Positions 50,391-60,686 of a DNA stretch of 64,000 nt are shown one piece after another; the first letter of the stretch is position 1, and each line of letters opens with the position of its first letter. Both the position numbers and the translations under genes were made by a program. The notes under the pieces were generated by a model, which was given only the letters and a program-made list of their open reading frames with translations, made no database searches and was not told where the DNA came from. The DNA comes from an uncultured archaeon (lineage in GTDB: Archaea > Thermoproteota > Nitrososphaeria_A > Caldarchaeales > Wolframiiraptoraceae): assembly GCA_938083505.1 (NCBI GenBank), contig CALKCF010000007.1, positions 64,001 through 128,000 of the forward strand, written 5' to 3'.

Positions 50391-51776
50391 GTGACATTAA
50401 ACACGAGTGCTGATAACTCAGGTCGATGGTTACTTGAGACACCTCCTGAGATATTAGGTGCTGCGCTAAAAGCCGTGTTACAAGCACATAGTAGACATAG
50501 AAACACAAAACGTTCGCTTAAATCATGCCTCTATGAGGTTATAAGCGAAAAAAAGTACCCTATAAAATCCGTGGAAATTGCAAGAAGGTTAATCTGGGAG
50601 CACGGTACAAAGAGGAACCTTTTGGCAAAAATGGTCAACAAAGTATTAAAAGATGAGCCGATTTTGCCCGATCGTAGGATTCTTCTTGAACTTTTTGCTA
50701 ATCAAGTGCTCGTAAAAAGTTGTAGTAGACTCGAGGCCACAAAATTTGCCCAGGCAGCAAGGATTGCTTTTGGAAAAGACTGGATGATGCCATTAGAACC
50801 ATTACTCGGTAGAATATATGCTTTAAAGCTTAAGAATAAGATAATAGAAAGCAAAGATGAGCTAGAATACTTAAGCCTTCTATATGGACATCCTAAATGG
50901 TTCGTTGAATATCTTTTTAACATTTTGGGTAAAGCCGAGGCTATTGAGCTAATGCATGCTAGTAATGAAAATCCGCCGACCTATTTTGTTCTCAACACAT
51001 TGAAGGCAACCGAGGACGAAATATTAAAGACACTCGAAAGCGATGGGGTGAAGTTTGAAAGGGATAAGAGGGCACCATTGCTTTATAAGATAATTTCATC
51101 TAAAGCAATAAAGAGTTTAACAGCATACAAACTTGGGCTTATAGCGGTTCAAGATTTTTCAAGTGTATTCTCCATAATTTCTGCTCAACCAAAGAGCGGT
51201 ATGAGGCTTTTAGATATATGCGCAGCTCCTGGCATAAAAACCTCATTATTTGCAATCTATACACAAAACAAAGCTAGAATTCTTTCGGTTGATATATCAC
51301 CACATAGGTTGAAGACCTATATTTCATACACGCGGCATTTAGGTGTTGAGAATGCTGATGCGATTCTTTGTGATGCTACTATGGATTTACCGACACATCT
51401 GAGTGCCGACATCGTGCTACTCGATCCTCCATGCAGCTCTACTGGTCTGTTTTGGCGTGAGCCATCTTATAGGTGGGTTGTCAGACCAGCAACTATAAGG
51501 AAATTTTCAACATTACAGAAAAAAATGCTGAAGAATGCTGTAAAATATGTAAAGAGTTGCGGCCTACTCGTATACTGTACTTGCAGCATCACTATCGAAG
51601 AAAATGAGGGTTTAATTAAGGACTTTTTAACATCAAACCCTGACTTTCAACTTGAAGAAATTCCAATAAAATCAGGTTCACCGGGGCTCTTGGGACTAGA
51701 GAAGTGTAGAAGGTTCTATCCACATCGCGATATGTGCAACGGTTTCTTTGTAGCTCTCCTCAGAAAAGTAAGTTGA
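50391..51776 (+). CDS. RsmB/NOP2 family RNA m5C methyltransferase
   Basis: DICAAPGIKT, DPPCS, YCTCS..EENE and PH..GFF. Confidence 0.92.
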   Translation: MTLNTSADNSGRWLLETPPEILGAALKAVLQAHSRHRNTKRSLKSCLYEVISEKKYPIKSVEIARRLIWEHGTKRNLLAKMVNKVLKDEPILPDRRILLELFANQVLVKSCSRLEATKFAQAARIAFGKDWMMPLEPLLGRIYALKLKNKIIESKDELEYLSLLYGHPKWFVEYLFNILGKAEAIELMHASNENPPTYFVLNTLKATEDEILKTLESDGVKFERDKRAPLLYKIISSKAIKSLTAYKLGLIAVQDFSSVFSIISAQPKSGMRLLDICAAPGIKTSLFAIYTQNKARILSVDISPHRLKTYISYTRHLGVENADAILCDATMDLPTHLSADIVLLDPPCSSTGLFWREPSYRWVVRPATIRKFSTLQKKMLKNAVKYVKSCGLLVYCTCSITIEENEGLIKDFLTSNPDFQLEEIPIKSGSPGLLGLEKCRRFYPHRDMCNGFFVALLRKVS

Positions 51777-51906
51777 TTACATACGTTATCTACGATGCTC
51801 AAGCCTGTTAGATTATTATGAGCATTTCGTCTACCTATCACAGTTAAATCTAAACTTACGCATAGTTTATAATGCCCTTCTCTAACAAACCGGTTTAGAT
51901 AACGGG

Positions 51907-52791
51907 GTGAAATTTACCATGAGTAGACCACTCATAACTAACATTTATAGTAGAGAAGAGTCGAATGTCATCGCCTTTGGTGTAATTTTAGGAAGAAAAG
52001 CTGCAGAATCTGTTAACGCGATAAGGGATGCTAGCTGGTTTATAGAAACATTTGATATAATATCTAAAAGAAATCTTCTCAATAAGGCAAAGGTTTACGA
52101 TATTGGTGACATAAAGCTAACATCTTATGATGATTTGGAGAATGTTACAAAGATAACATCTTCAATATTGTCTGAAGGTAAGCTTACGTTGATGCTAGGC
52201 GGCGGTCATCTTGCAACATATTATGTACTCAAGGCTATGCCAAAGGATGTGATCCTAATAGTTTTTGATGCGCATTGTGACCTACGAGAGAGCTACATAG
52301 ACGAGAAGATTATCGATCTTGACTACATTAATGAAAGTGTAATTGTAGATAAAAGGTTGAATGATGCAACGTGGCTTAGATGGGCTTCAGAGGAAACGTT
52401 GTTTAAAAAAGCTACGATTTTGGGTGTGAGGTCAGGCGATGAGGAACAATTGGTTTATGCAAAGAAAAAGGGCATACTTCTGATCACTTCTGAGAAATTG
52501 TTATCACAAAATGGATTAAATGCTGCTACTAAAACTCTCTCAACATTGACGAGGGGTAAGAAAGTATACTTATCTTTGGACATAGACACATTCGATCCCT
52601 CAATAGCGCCTGCTGTTGATCATCCTGAACCTTCCGGTATAGGTTTTAGAGAATTCGTAAAACTCCTTAGGAGCATAAAGGGAAGAATAATCGGTTGTGA
52701 TGTGGTATGTCTTCGTAAGATCCCGAATAATGAGGTAACAGAGTTTCTAGCTGCAAGGGCTATATTCGAAATATTATATTACGCTACATAA
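51907..52791 (+). CDS. Arginase/agmatinase (ureohydrolase) family protein
   Basis: GGGH, DAHCD and DIDTFDP..PEPSG. Confidence 0.82.
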   Translation: MKFTMSRPLITNIYSREESNVIAFGVILGRKAAESVNAIRDASWFIETFDIISKRNLLNKAKVYDIGDIKLTSYDDLENVTKITSSILSEGKLTLMLGGGHLATYYVLKAMPKDVILIVFDAHCDLRESYIDEKIIDLDYINESVIVDKRLNDATWLRWASEETLFKKATILGVRSGDEEQLVYAKKKGILLITSEKLLSQNGLNAATKTLSTLTRGKKVYLSLDIDTFDPSIAPAVDHPEPSGIGFREFVKLLRSIKGRIIGCDVVCLRKIPNNEVTEFLAARAIFEILYYAT

Positions 52792-52834
52792 TGAAACTTT
52801 TCACGTATAAAGACGAATCCAAAAAGGTGACGGC

Positions 52835-55102
52835 ATGAACAAAAGGCTTCTAGCTATAGTTCTAGTCAGCTTGGCGATACGATTGGCTGTTGCACCATTT
52901 TTCGGTCATCCTATAGACATGTTTACCTGGCTTAAAGCGGGAGAGATGACAGCACAGCATGGTATAAACGTATATCAGGTTGAAGAGATACCGGACTATC
53001 CTTGGGGCTTTTACGCCTATCCCCCAATCTGGTTATACTGGATTTCGTTATCCTCACTGTTTTACGAATTTACACAAAATCTGAACATGTTTGTGTTTTT
53101 TGTGAAACTACCTATAATAACCTCCGATATACTCATCGGCCTCATTCTTTACAGATTTGTTATGTTGCTTAAGGATGATAAACATTTAGCCACAAAAATT
53201 TCAGCTTTGTGGTTCCTAAACCCACTCCCAATTTTTATTTCATCGGTGTGGGGTATGTTCGATTCCTTTGCAGCCTTATTTGGTTTAGCGTCATTATATC
53301 ATATGTTTAAAGTAAGGTATAAGTTAAGCGCATTGTTATTAGGCATCGGTACAAGTGTGAAAATTTTCCCAGGATTGCTTATCTTGCCAATGTTGTTCTA
53401 TATCAAAAGGACTCAGAATAATGTTTTTAAGAGAAGAATGTTGGAATACGTCCTATATGCAGCCATAATGCCGATTATATCTTCAATTCCTTTCCTTTAT
53501 GATCCAGCTTCTTATTTTAGTAAGCTTCTTTTCCATTTCAGTAACACAGGCCAATTCACCTATTGGATTGTGATTTCTGGGTTTATAGGTCCCACAAGTT
53601 TAGGGTACATAAGCGTGGCAATTTTCATCGGAATCCTCGTATTGCTCTTTGTTAAAATTTTGACCCGTGAAGTATACCCAAGCGAAATATTAATTAAAGG
53701 TTCAACGTTAACGTTATTAGCATTTCTTGCTACATCGACGAAGGTAAATGTCCAGTACATAATTTGGGTTCTACCGTTTTTGCTGATTTACGTTTTGTAC
53801 TTTAACATAAAAGATTATAAATTAAACCTGCTTATGTTGAACATTGCTACGTATGCTTTTCTTATTGGGAGTATAGGACTGTGCAACGGATACGACTTAG
53901 CCTATATTGGAAACCTTACAACTTTAGATTTTAAAGAAATCAACGTATATGGTGCCATAATATTTGTGGCAGGAATTTTCGGTTCTAGTAGGATAGTAGC
54001 CCTTGTTTTTGACCTATTAAAACTTCAAAGGATTAACTTATGCATAACAACAAAATGGACACTCATAACAATTGTAATACTTTTTTTGGTCATCATGGCA
54101 ACGTTTCCGACACCTGTTGGTATTAGTACCCCGGCCTTACCAATAAGGGTCGGCGTAGTCGAAAGTCCAGACTCAGCTTTTGTTTTGAAAGAAGGTTATG
54201 GTGTTGATGGGTTCTTAAACAGATATAATATAACACATATCGTTATACCGTTTGGCATAGATTTCGTTAACACATATAGAGGCTACAATGAACGTGTACG
54301 TATAGCAGAGTACTTTAAGTTCAGGATATCTTCTTTCAGCTGGTCTATGCATGACTTAAAGTGTCTGGTGAACGAACTAAAGAAGGGGGGCGTTTCTGTC
54401 ATGCTAGGTGTGTATCTTGAACCAGAAAAGTTAAGTATGCGCTATGGTGTACATGGTTATAGGTCTACTTGGTTAAAAGAGCTTCATGAAGAGGTACTGA
54501 ATGAATTTGAAAAAATAGAGTTCCAGAGAAGATTAAAACAAGATGGTATGTATGTGTTTTTTGAGCAAACGTATGCAGAGTACTTTACGTCAAAAGTGTT
54601 AATGATCATTGAGGACCTTAACTTTGATGGTGTATATTTGTTATACAATTTTAGAGACAATGATAAAACACAGATGGAAAGTATCCTATTTCTTTTGGAT
54701 GCACTTTCACCTGCTCTTAGAACACATTCAAAACAAGTAATGTTAGGAGATTTGAATGTTAGAATAGAGCCACAATATGTGGAGACTCTTGCTAAGAATG
54801 TTGACTATTTTACGATTAGAACATCTTCATGGTTAGACATACTTTACCCTGACAACTTTAATAATGTCACGTTTAACAATTATAAAGAACGTTTACCCGA
54901 ACTACTGTCCTCTATACCAGAGGATGTAAAACATAAGGTGCTTTTTAGTATTAACGCCATAGATATCGCAGATGGTTGGATGACTCCAGCAATAGCGCTT
55001 CAAGAAGATATAGATGCTTCATCAAAGTTTAAAATGAACGGGTATGTGATATATCACACAAACAAGTACTTACCATATAGAATAACTCCTTCAACTAAGT
55101 AA
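52835..55102 (+). CDS. GT-C membrane glycosyltransferase (GT87/PIG-M-like) fused to a soluble TIM-barrel-like domain
   Basis: HPID, YAYPP, KLP..D, NP...WGMFD and KIFP within about 12 TM helices; C-terminal ~320 aa hydrophilic with FDGVYL. Confidence 0.7.
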   Translation: MNKRLLAIVLVSLAIRLAVAPFFGHPIDMFTWLKAGEMTAQHGINVYQVEEIPDYPWGFYAYPPIWLYWISLSSLFYEFTQNLNMFVFFVKLPIITSDILIGLILYRFVMLLKDDKHLATKISALWFLNPLPIFISSVWGMFDSFAALFGLASLYHMFKVRYKLSALLLGIGTSVKIFPGLLILPMLFYIKRTQNNVFKRRMLEYVLYAAIMPIISSIPFLYDPASYFSKLLFHFSNTGQFTYWIVISGFIGPTSLGYISVAIFIGILVLLFVKILTREVYPSEILIKGSTLTLLAFLATSTKVNVQYIIWVLPFLLIYVLYFNIKDYKLNLLMLNIATYAFLIGSIGLCNGYDLAYIGNLTTLDFKEINVYGAIIFVAGIFGSSRIVALVFDLLKLQRINLCITTKWTLITIVILFLVIMATFPTPVGISTPALPIRVGVVESPDSAFVLKEGYGVDGFLNRYNITHIVIPFGIDFVNTYRGYNERVRIAEYFKFRISSFSWSMHDLKCLVNELKKGGVSVMLGVYLEPEKLSMRYGVHGYRSTWLKELHEEVLNEFEKIEFQRRLKQDGMYVFFEQTYAEYFTSKVLMIIEDLNFDGVYLLYNFRDNDKTQMESILFLLDALSPALRTHSKQVMLGDLNVRIEPQYVETLAKNVDYFTIRTSSWLDILYPDNFNNVTFNNYKERLPELLSSIPEDVKHKVLFSINAIDIADGWMTPAIALQEDIDASSKFKMNGYVIYHTNKYLPYRITPSTK

Positions 55103-55118
55103 AGAATGTTCAAACTTA

Positions 55119-55583
55119 TTACTGCTGTAGCCTCCTCCACTTAGGCACATGGGGATATATCTTTCCGTCTACCGAAACCCGTCCGCATCCTAAACACAGA
55201 TCCTTATAAAACGCAACAACATACCTTGCCGTGATAAACTTCTCAAGTTGTAGTGGTGCTCCCTCCATCCAGAGCTTACTCTGCTCTTTAGTTAGTTCTA
55301 TTCGGTTCTTCTTAATTCTGTTACAGAGAAGCTGTGAACCTTCAATCGAAAGCACAACGTCATTCCCCTTAACTTTTGCTACATATAAACCCAATGAATG
55401 TACACCTTGCATTTTTTCCGCGACCCTTATCGTATCATTCGTCGTCAGTCTAATTTTACCTTCACCAACTTGAATCAAAACTTTATCTGAAAAATCTTCA
55501 GCATCATAACACCTCTTGAGCATTGCTTGGAAGGCTGACTTTTTTGAAGAGTTTAACAAAACTATTTTTTCATCAACTATCAC
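55119..55583 (-). CDS. PUA/pre-PUA domain partner of the NOP2/RsmF methyltransferase
   Basis: GLYVAK..LSIEGSQ..W..G..LGCG; overlaps the upstream methyltransferase. Confidence 0.7.
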   Translation of the reverse strand: MIVDEKIVLLNSSKKSAFQAMLKRCYDAEDFSDKVLIQVGEGKIRLTTNDTIRVAEKMQGVHSLGLYVAKVKGNDVVLSIEGSQLLCNRIKKNRIELTKEQSKLWMEGAPLQLEKFITARYVVAFYKDLCLGCGRVSVDGKIYPHVPKWRRLQQ

Positions 55584-56514
55584 CTTCTTTTACTATCTTT
55601 GCTATAAAGAACCCCTCAGCTTCATGTTCATATGGATAAACTCTTACACATCGTTCGAGCTCAGGGTTGTACTTATTGTGTTGCCATTCCAGAAGTCCTT
55701 TGTTTATTTTTAACCCCTCAAGTCGTATGTTCTCTAAGCGCGCATTAGGTTTATTTGCAAGAAGACGATCTATGACCCATTCGTTCTCCTGCGGGCTGAG
55801 CGTGCATGTGGCGTAGATCATTATGCCACCAACCTTCAAACATTCAAAGCCAGAGATAGCTAGGCTGAGCTGAAGTTTAGACAATCGCTCGGAAGTCCGA
55901 AAGCTCCATTTTTTTGCAGCACTCCAATCTTTGCTTACTATACCGAGTGATGTACACGGCGCGTCAACAAGAACTTTGTCAAAAAATCCTTTGGCCCATA
56001 ATGGAAATTTCCTACCATCGACCTGCGTGATAATACAGTTTATAACCCCGCACCTTTGAACATTAGAAGAGAGCGCCCTTATCCTCTTAATGTTCACATC
56101 ATTTGCGACTATTACACCCTCTCCTTGTAAAGCTTGTGCTATCTGTGTAGTTTTGCTACCTGGAGCGGCACAAAGGTCTAGAACGAGTTCACCAGGTTTA
56201 GGTGATAGTACCTCAACCGGAGCCATGGATACTGCGCCTTGAATGTATATTAGACCAAGCATATGCTCGAGCGTGTTTGAGACATTAACGTCGTTTACGA
56301 CCCAATACCCATATCTTGCCCAAGGTATCTTTTTAAGCTCTATACTCCTTTCTCTTAGCATGCTTAGCACATACTCCTCTCTGGCCTTTAATGTGTTGAT
56401 TCTAATGGATTGTCGTATCGGTTTTTGATAACTTTCTAGCAAACTTTTAACATCTATATCCGGTATGCTGTACAAAAGGTTTCTGAGGTCCTCACTTATA
56501 TTAATGGTGCTCAA
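55573..56514 (-). CDS. NOL1/NOP2/RsmF family RNA m5C methyltransferase
   Basis: IRINTLK, DLCAAPGSKT, DAPC and YATCT..ENE. Confidence 0.92.
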   Translation of the reverse strand: MSTINISEDLRNLLYSIPDIDVKSLLESYQKPIRQSIRINTLKAREEYVLSMLRERSIELKKIPWARYGYWVVNDVNVSNTLEHMLGLIYIQGAVSMAPVEVLSPKPGELVLDLCAAPGSKTTQIAQALQGEGVIVANDVNIKRIRALSSNVQRCGVINCIITQVDGRKFPLWAKGFFDKVLVDAPCTSLGIVSKDWSAAKKWSFRTSERLSKLQLSLAISGFECLKVGGIMIYATCTLSPQENEWVIDRLLANKPNARLENIRLEGLKINKGLLEWQHNKYNPELERCVRVYPYEHEAEGFFIAKIVKEGDS

Positions 56515-56538
56515 TGTTCATCACACGAGTTATTGCAC

Positions 56539-57162
56539 CTACTTGAATACTTCTCCAGTTTTGTCGGCCCATATTACGAGATCAAGGACCTCTGGCCTCA
56601 TATTCAAATCCTTAGCAAATTCTATAAACTTCTTTTCAAGTTTCAGGTACGTTCTTTTTGTTAAAATTTTTGGAACTTCTTCTACAATCCCAGCCTCTTT
56701 CATACCTCTCAGTATGTGTCTATCCAAAACAGACAATCCTTCATAACCAATGTTCCTCAAAAAATGGCTCGCCTCTTTATAACCCAAGCCCTTTATGTTT
56801 TTAACGAGCCACTCTCTTGCCTTAAAACCATCTGGAGGTAAATTCCTTAACGACTTCAAATAATTCCTTGCAGCAATTATATATTTAGCCTTTGACCTGG
56901 GAAATCGAACACCAGTCTTCCTTAATACGGATGTTATACTATCTTCGTCACCATAAAGTAGTAATGATTCTTTCTTTAGGATTGATATTGCCGCGTCTGC
57001 AGCCCTCGCTCTAGTCTGAGGAGTACACAGACAAAAACAAAGCTCCGCAAATATTTCCTCATCGCTTTTTTGTAAAACATCTTTAAATTCCCTAAGCCTG
57101 TCCTCTATCTCTTCACGCCTCTCTTCGTAAATCTTCAAATACCTGCTAGCAGCATCATTCAT
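56539..57162 (-). CDS. ogg: 8-oxoguanine N-glycosylase/DNA lyase (Ogg2 type)
   Basis: ELCFCLCTPQ, KGLGYKEASHFLRN, LDRHI and C-terminal GEVFK. Start taken at ATG 57162. Confidence 0.92.
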   Translation of the reverse strand: MNDAASRYLKIYEERREEIEDRLREFKDVLQKSDEEIFAELCFCLCTPQTRARAADAAISILKKESLLLYGDEDSITSVLRKTGVRFPRSKAKYIIAARNYLKSLRNLPPDGFKAREWLVKNIKGLGYKEASHFLRNIGYEGLSVLDRHILRGMKEAGIVEEVPKILTKRTYLKLEKKFIEFAKDLNMRPEVLDLVIWADKTGEVFK

Positions 57163-57163
57163 G

Positions 57164-58648
57164 CTATTTGTTTTTCTCAACTCTTGGTATATGTAGTTGT
57201 TTATCGGAAAGTTCGAAAAATAGCCTAGTTTTGCCCATCGTCTCCACATCGACTTCCCTAACCTTGACAACGACTGGTATGTCCCTGACCAAATATCCTA
57301 TAAGTAAGCAGTAACGCGGAGGTAGGGATGCTGCCATTATCTTCACACTTTCAGAATCTATGCGTGAAGTTTTTGCTATCGCTTCTAAATCAGCTTCGTT
57401 AGTGAAGTTAAAAAGAATTATGTTATCCGCCTGTCTGTATATTGTTTCAGGGATAGAATCGGGCTGATTCGTCACAAAGATTGGTGATAAACCTAAATGT
57501 CTCATTCTTGTCACTATGTCATCCCAGTACGTGTCCCTTAAATAAAGATGTGCCTCTTCAGCCACAAGGAATATTGGGGGCAACTTCTTTGCTTGCAATA
57601 ATTCAGTAAGTTTACTAACTAAATATTCGACAACCATCCTTCTCGTCGGAGGTAGCAGGTCTCTTAGGTTAACTACGAGCATTTTACCGTCAATACATTT
57701 GATAATTTTCTCAAAAGACGTTACGCAATCCTCATCATCTGTAATAATGCCTGTAGCCTCTATTGCCATAAGCCTACTCATCAATGCCTCTTTTACGGAC
57801 TCATGTAGCTGTGTCTTTTGAATAACATCTATTAAATCTCTAAGGGTAACCTTACCCTTATTCCTTTTCAGAACGTTCCATATCCTAAAGAATTCCCGAC
57901 TACTACTTGATGGTGTATCGTAGACGTGAATTAGTATATCCATAAAGGTCCTAAGGCCAACATCCTCCGTCCTAACTTTGAAGTTCTTACCAGGCTCCAG
58001 CACTTCATGCCGAAGGGCTATATTGCTCTGACTTCCATCAACCTTTCTCTTCAGATTTACGTATTCTCCGTTAATATCAAGCACTATAACCAAGGCCCCA
58101 TACTCAACCAATGTAGTTGATATTAGCTTCGTTATGTGAGATTTTCCGGTTTCTTTCTTCCCAGTTATTATGGTCAATCTACCATCGAAGGATTCTGCAT
58201 CAACCCAAAAGTCTTCCCCTCCTACTGTTCCAATGTGTACTTTTCGCTTACCCAGTAACTTCATTACGTTCCTTAATAAGTCGGCTTTCGCGACGGAGAT
58301 GTTTGACCTAAATCTTGAAGGGAGCCATGAACTATTATTCGCAATTCTATCTCCATCTACAATGCACCTTATCTTACACCTTATCATTCTCGCTTCCTTT
58401 ATCATAATTGTCAGCGAGCCTGTATCAAATGGGTCGAAGATGTTTTCATGATTCACGATTTCTAGCGAAACTTCGCGTAACATGTCTTCTAGTATGCCAG
58501 GAATATCTGCATAGTTTACATCTATCACTTGAGCAAGTATAAACTTATCTCCTTCGCTTAGTAAAAGATACTGACCTTTTTCCACCAGAATTTCTTGAGG
58601 AAATGCCAATACATCCAACGTGTCTTTTTGCTTAGAAAAAATCTTCAT
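57164..58648 (-). CDS. HerA/DUF87-like ATPase
   Basis: Walker A GKKETGKS, DINGEY, Walker B AEEAH and RMRHLG..TNQP. Confidence 0.85.
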   Translation of the reverse strand: MKIFSKQKDTLDVLAFPQEILVEKGQYLLLSEGDKFILAQVIDVNYADIPGILEDMLREVSLEIVNHENIFDPFDTGSLTIMIKEARMIRCKIRCIVDGDRIANNSSWLPSRFRSNISVAKADLLRNVMKLLGKRKVHIGTVGGEDFWVDAESFDGRLTIITGKKETGKSHITKLISTTLVEYGALVIVLDINGEYVNLKRKVDGSQSNIALRHEVLEPGKNFKVRTEDVGLRTFMDILIHVYDTPSSSSREFFRIWNVLKRNKGKVTLRDLIDVIQKTQLHESVKEALMSRLMAIEATGIITDDEDCVTSFEKIIKCIDGKMLVVNLRDLLPPTRRMVVEYLVSKLTELLQAKKLPPIFLVAEEAHLYLRDTYWDDIVTRMRHLGLSPIFVTNQPDSIPETIYRQADNIILFNFTNEADLEAIAKTSRIDSESVKIMAASLPPRYCLLIGYLVRDIPVVVKVREVDVETMGKTRLFFELSDKQLHIPRVEKNK

Positions 58649-58650
58649 AT

Positions 58651-59712
58651 CTAATGCCCGTCTAACGGATTGAAAAGGCTACTCCTTACATCGCCCATGT
58701 TAAAAGAATCTATATTGAGCTTCTGCTTTAACAATTTCTGCAAAACTAACACGTCTACCTTATTAAATGTGCAATAATTGTGAGCTAACAATAGCGTCTC
58801 CGGATATCCGTATATTATAGCATCGCTGCTGAGAAGATTATCAATTATGCACAAGGCATCATCCATTTCCCTTTCACTTACATCAAGCCTATAAGGAAAG
58901 AAAGTCCTAGATAGATGTGATACTAATATCCTGCCGAATTTATGAATTTTAAGAGAAGAACATACAGCATCGCTTACATCAATAACGCACGGGGGGTCTA
59001 TATTCGGCACTAGTGATGTTATCCTAGTTCCCAGATAGGACAAGTATGTCGATTTCGAGAAAGCAAGCACAACGTTGCCGTTTCGTTCAGCCTCATTAAG
59101 CGCCTCACGAATTAATTGTAAGGAGTTGTCAGCTGGTCCAGCAGTTAACGAACCATCAAACAGTAGTATCGAGTCGGAAAACGCTGATGCTAAAGAACGC
59201 TGAAGCCATTTTTCAAGTAAGCTGCCTATGCTTCTATGTATCGTCTCAAAGCTTTCATTGAACGGCTGACCCTCGACGAGCTCTGACATAAAGGTGAACA
59301 AAGGCAGGTTATCTTCAAAAGATACGAAAAAGATGATGGGGCCAATTATCCATGACTCGATGCTTCCGGATCTTTTTCTCCTTACTACAGAACCCCTTAA
59401 AGCAGCGAAGTAACCAAAAGGCCCCTCAGACAGCTTTATAACCGAAGTATCACATGCGATCACGTCGCACATCCTACCGGAAGGTCTCACTTTGTAAGCC
59501 TTAAGTGGCGGTATCTTGTCAAACTCTACTATGACATCATGGCCAATATGATGGTAAAACCCATCAATACTAATGGTTAGTAAGGTCTTTCTTAGGTTTT
59601 CTATAGAACCCATCCCCATTTTAGAAAATGCTTTAAATACCTCTAAGAAGTTCTCAACAATGGGGGTCTCAATGTTTATGAATATGTTCATCCGCTCCTT
59701 CAATACTAACAC
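58651..59712 (-). CDS. NurA-like nuclease
   Basis: ACDTS, FDGSL, FSKS and GYPETLLLAH. Confidence 0.82.
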   Translation of the reverse strand: MLVLKERMNIFINIETPIVENFLEVFKAFSKMGMGSIENLRKTLLTISIDGFYHHIGHDVIVEFDKIPPLKAYKVRPSGRMCDVIACDTSVIKLSEGPFGYFAALRGSVVRRKRSGSIESWIIGPIIFFVSFEDNLPLFTFMSELVEGQPFNESFETIHRSIGSLLEKWLQRSLASAFSDSILLFDGSLTAGPADNSLQLIREALNEAERNGNVVLAFSKSTYLSYLGTRITSLVPNIDPPCVIDVSDAVCSSLKIHKFGRILVSHLSRTFFPYRLDVSEREMDDALCIIDNLLSSDAIIYGYPETLLLAHNYCTFNKVDVLVLQKLLKQKLNIDSFNMGDVRSSLFNPLDGH

Positions 59713-59759
59713 TACAAATCTATGTGCTTATAAATTTTGCGCAATTTGGGTAATTTGCT

Positions 59760-60192
59760 CATGTCACAAGAAAGGATAAAGGTTAAGATAACCATAGGAA
59801 AGGCGAACGTGGAGATAGAAGCACCTCCCGATTTGCTAGAGAGATCTATAAAGGAGGTTATGGCTGCCCTCGGTGTCTCAAATACGTTAGAACCTGAGCC
59901 TGAATCCCAAAGGCGCACAAGGTCAGCCGAGACGTCCACCTGCAGGGGGTTGGTGGAAAGTATACTTAAAGAAGGGTGGTTCTCCACGCCGAGACAGTTG
60001 TCGGAGGTTGTGGCAGAGTTGGCCAGAAGAGGACACCATTACGATCCCACCGCTGTAGCCCACGTTTTATTGGATATGGTAAGGGAGGGTGGCCTAGTTA
60101 GAACAGGCCGTCCCAGAAGGTATTTGTATTCAGAACGGCCCGTATCAGCGGCTAAAGTGGAAACCGAAGAAAGCGAACCCAGAAGCGAGTAG
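59760..60192 (+). CDS. Hypothetical protein: N-terminal beta-hairpin/helix domain plus C-terminal wHTH
   Basis: KVKITIGKANVEIEA..; EGWFSTPRQLSEV..L..LVRTGRPRRYLY. Probable start ATG ~59761. Confidence 0.7.
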
Positions 60193-60684
60193 TTATGCTT
60201 TTTCGACTTTGCCTTCCACAAACTCCTTAATGCCTAACATTGTTATAACATAGTCCCCTCTATCTAAGCGTCTGATGTAGCCCTTCCGCAAAAGCAGGCT
60301 TAGCTTTCCCGATATAGTCTTCTCAGGCTTAGCTATACTTTTCGCAAGCTCAGAAGCATTTATGGAGGGCGACTCCGTCAGACCTAGTCCATGTTCGAGA
60401 TACCTCTTTGTGCATAAAAGCATTATCGCCTCTGAAACCGATAAAGTGTTTAGAGGTTTAAGTAAAAAGAAACCTTCTGCCTGATTATAAGCTAGGTACT
60501 CTTTCAATTTTTCGATTAAATCTTGAATACCTACAGAGTAGCTTATCTTACTTGCAAGCGAGTACGAGGGCATTACCTTCTCCATAAAGAATATTATGCT
60601 TTTGTAGACATCCTCAGGTTTTCCCTCAAAATCTGCCCGGACATCTTTATACTGTATTGAGACCTTCATAAAATCTTCGCCCAT
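60193..60684 (-). CDS. Hypothetical protein: same N-terminal domain plus wHTH
   Basis: KVSIQYKDVRADFEG..; SELAK..KTISGKLS.L..KGYI..GDYVIT..G. Confidence 0.75.
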   Translation of the reverse strand: MGEDFMKVSIQYKDVRADFEGKPEDVYKSIIFFMEKVMPSYSLASKISYSVGIQDLIEKLKEYLAYNQAEGFFLLKPLNTLSVSEAIMLLCTKRYLEHGLGLTESPSINASELAKSIAKPEKTISGKLSLLLRKGYIRRLDRGDYVITMLGIKEFVEGKVEKA

Positions 60685-60686
60685 GA

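Noticed and set aside
57163-57270. N-terminal extension of Ogg from the ORF track
   Set aside because: It overlaps the HerA 3' end by ~100 bp; ATG 57162 right after the HerA stop is the better start.
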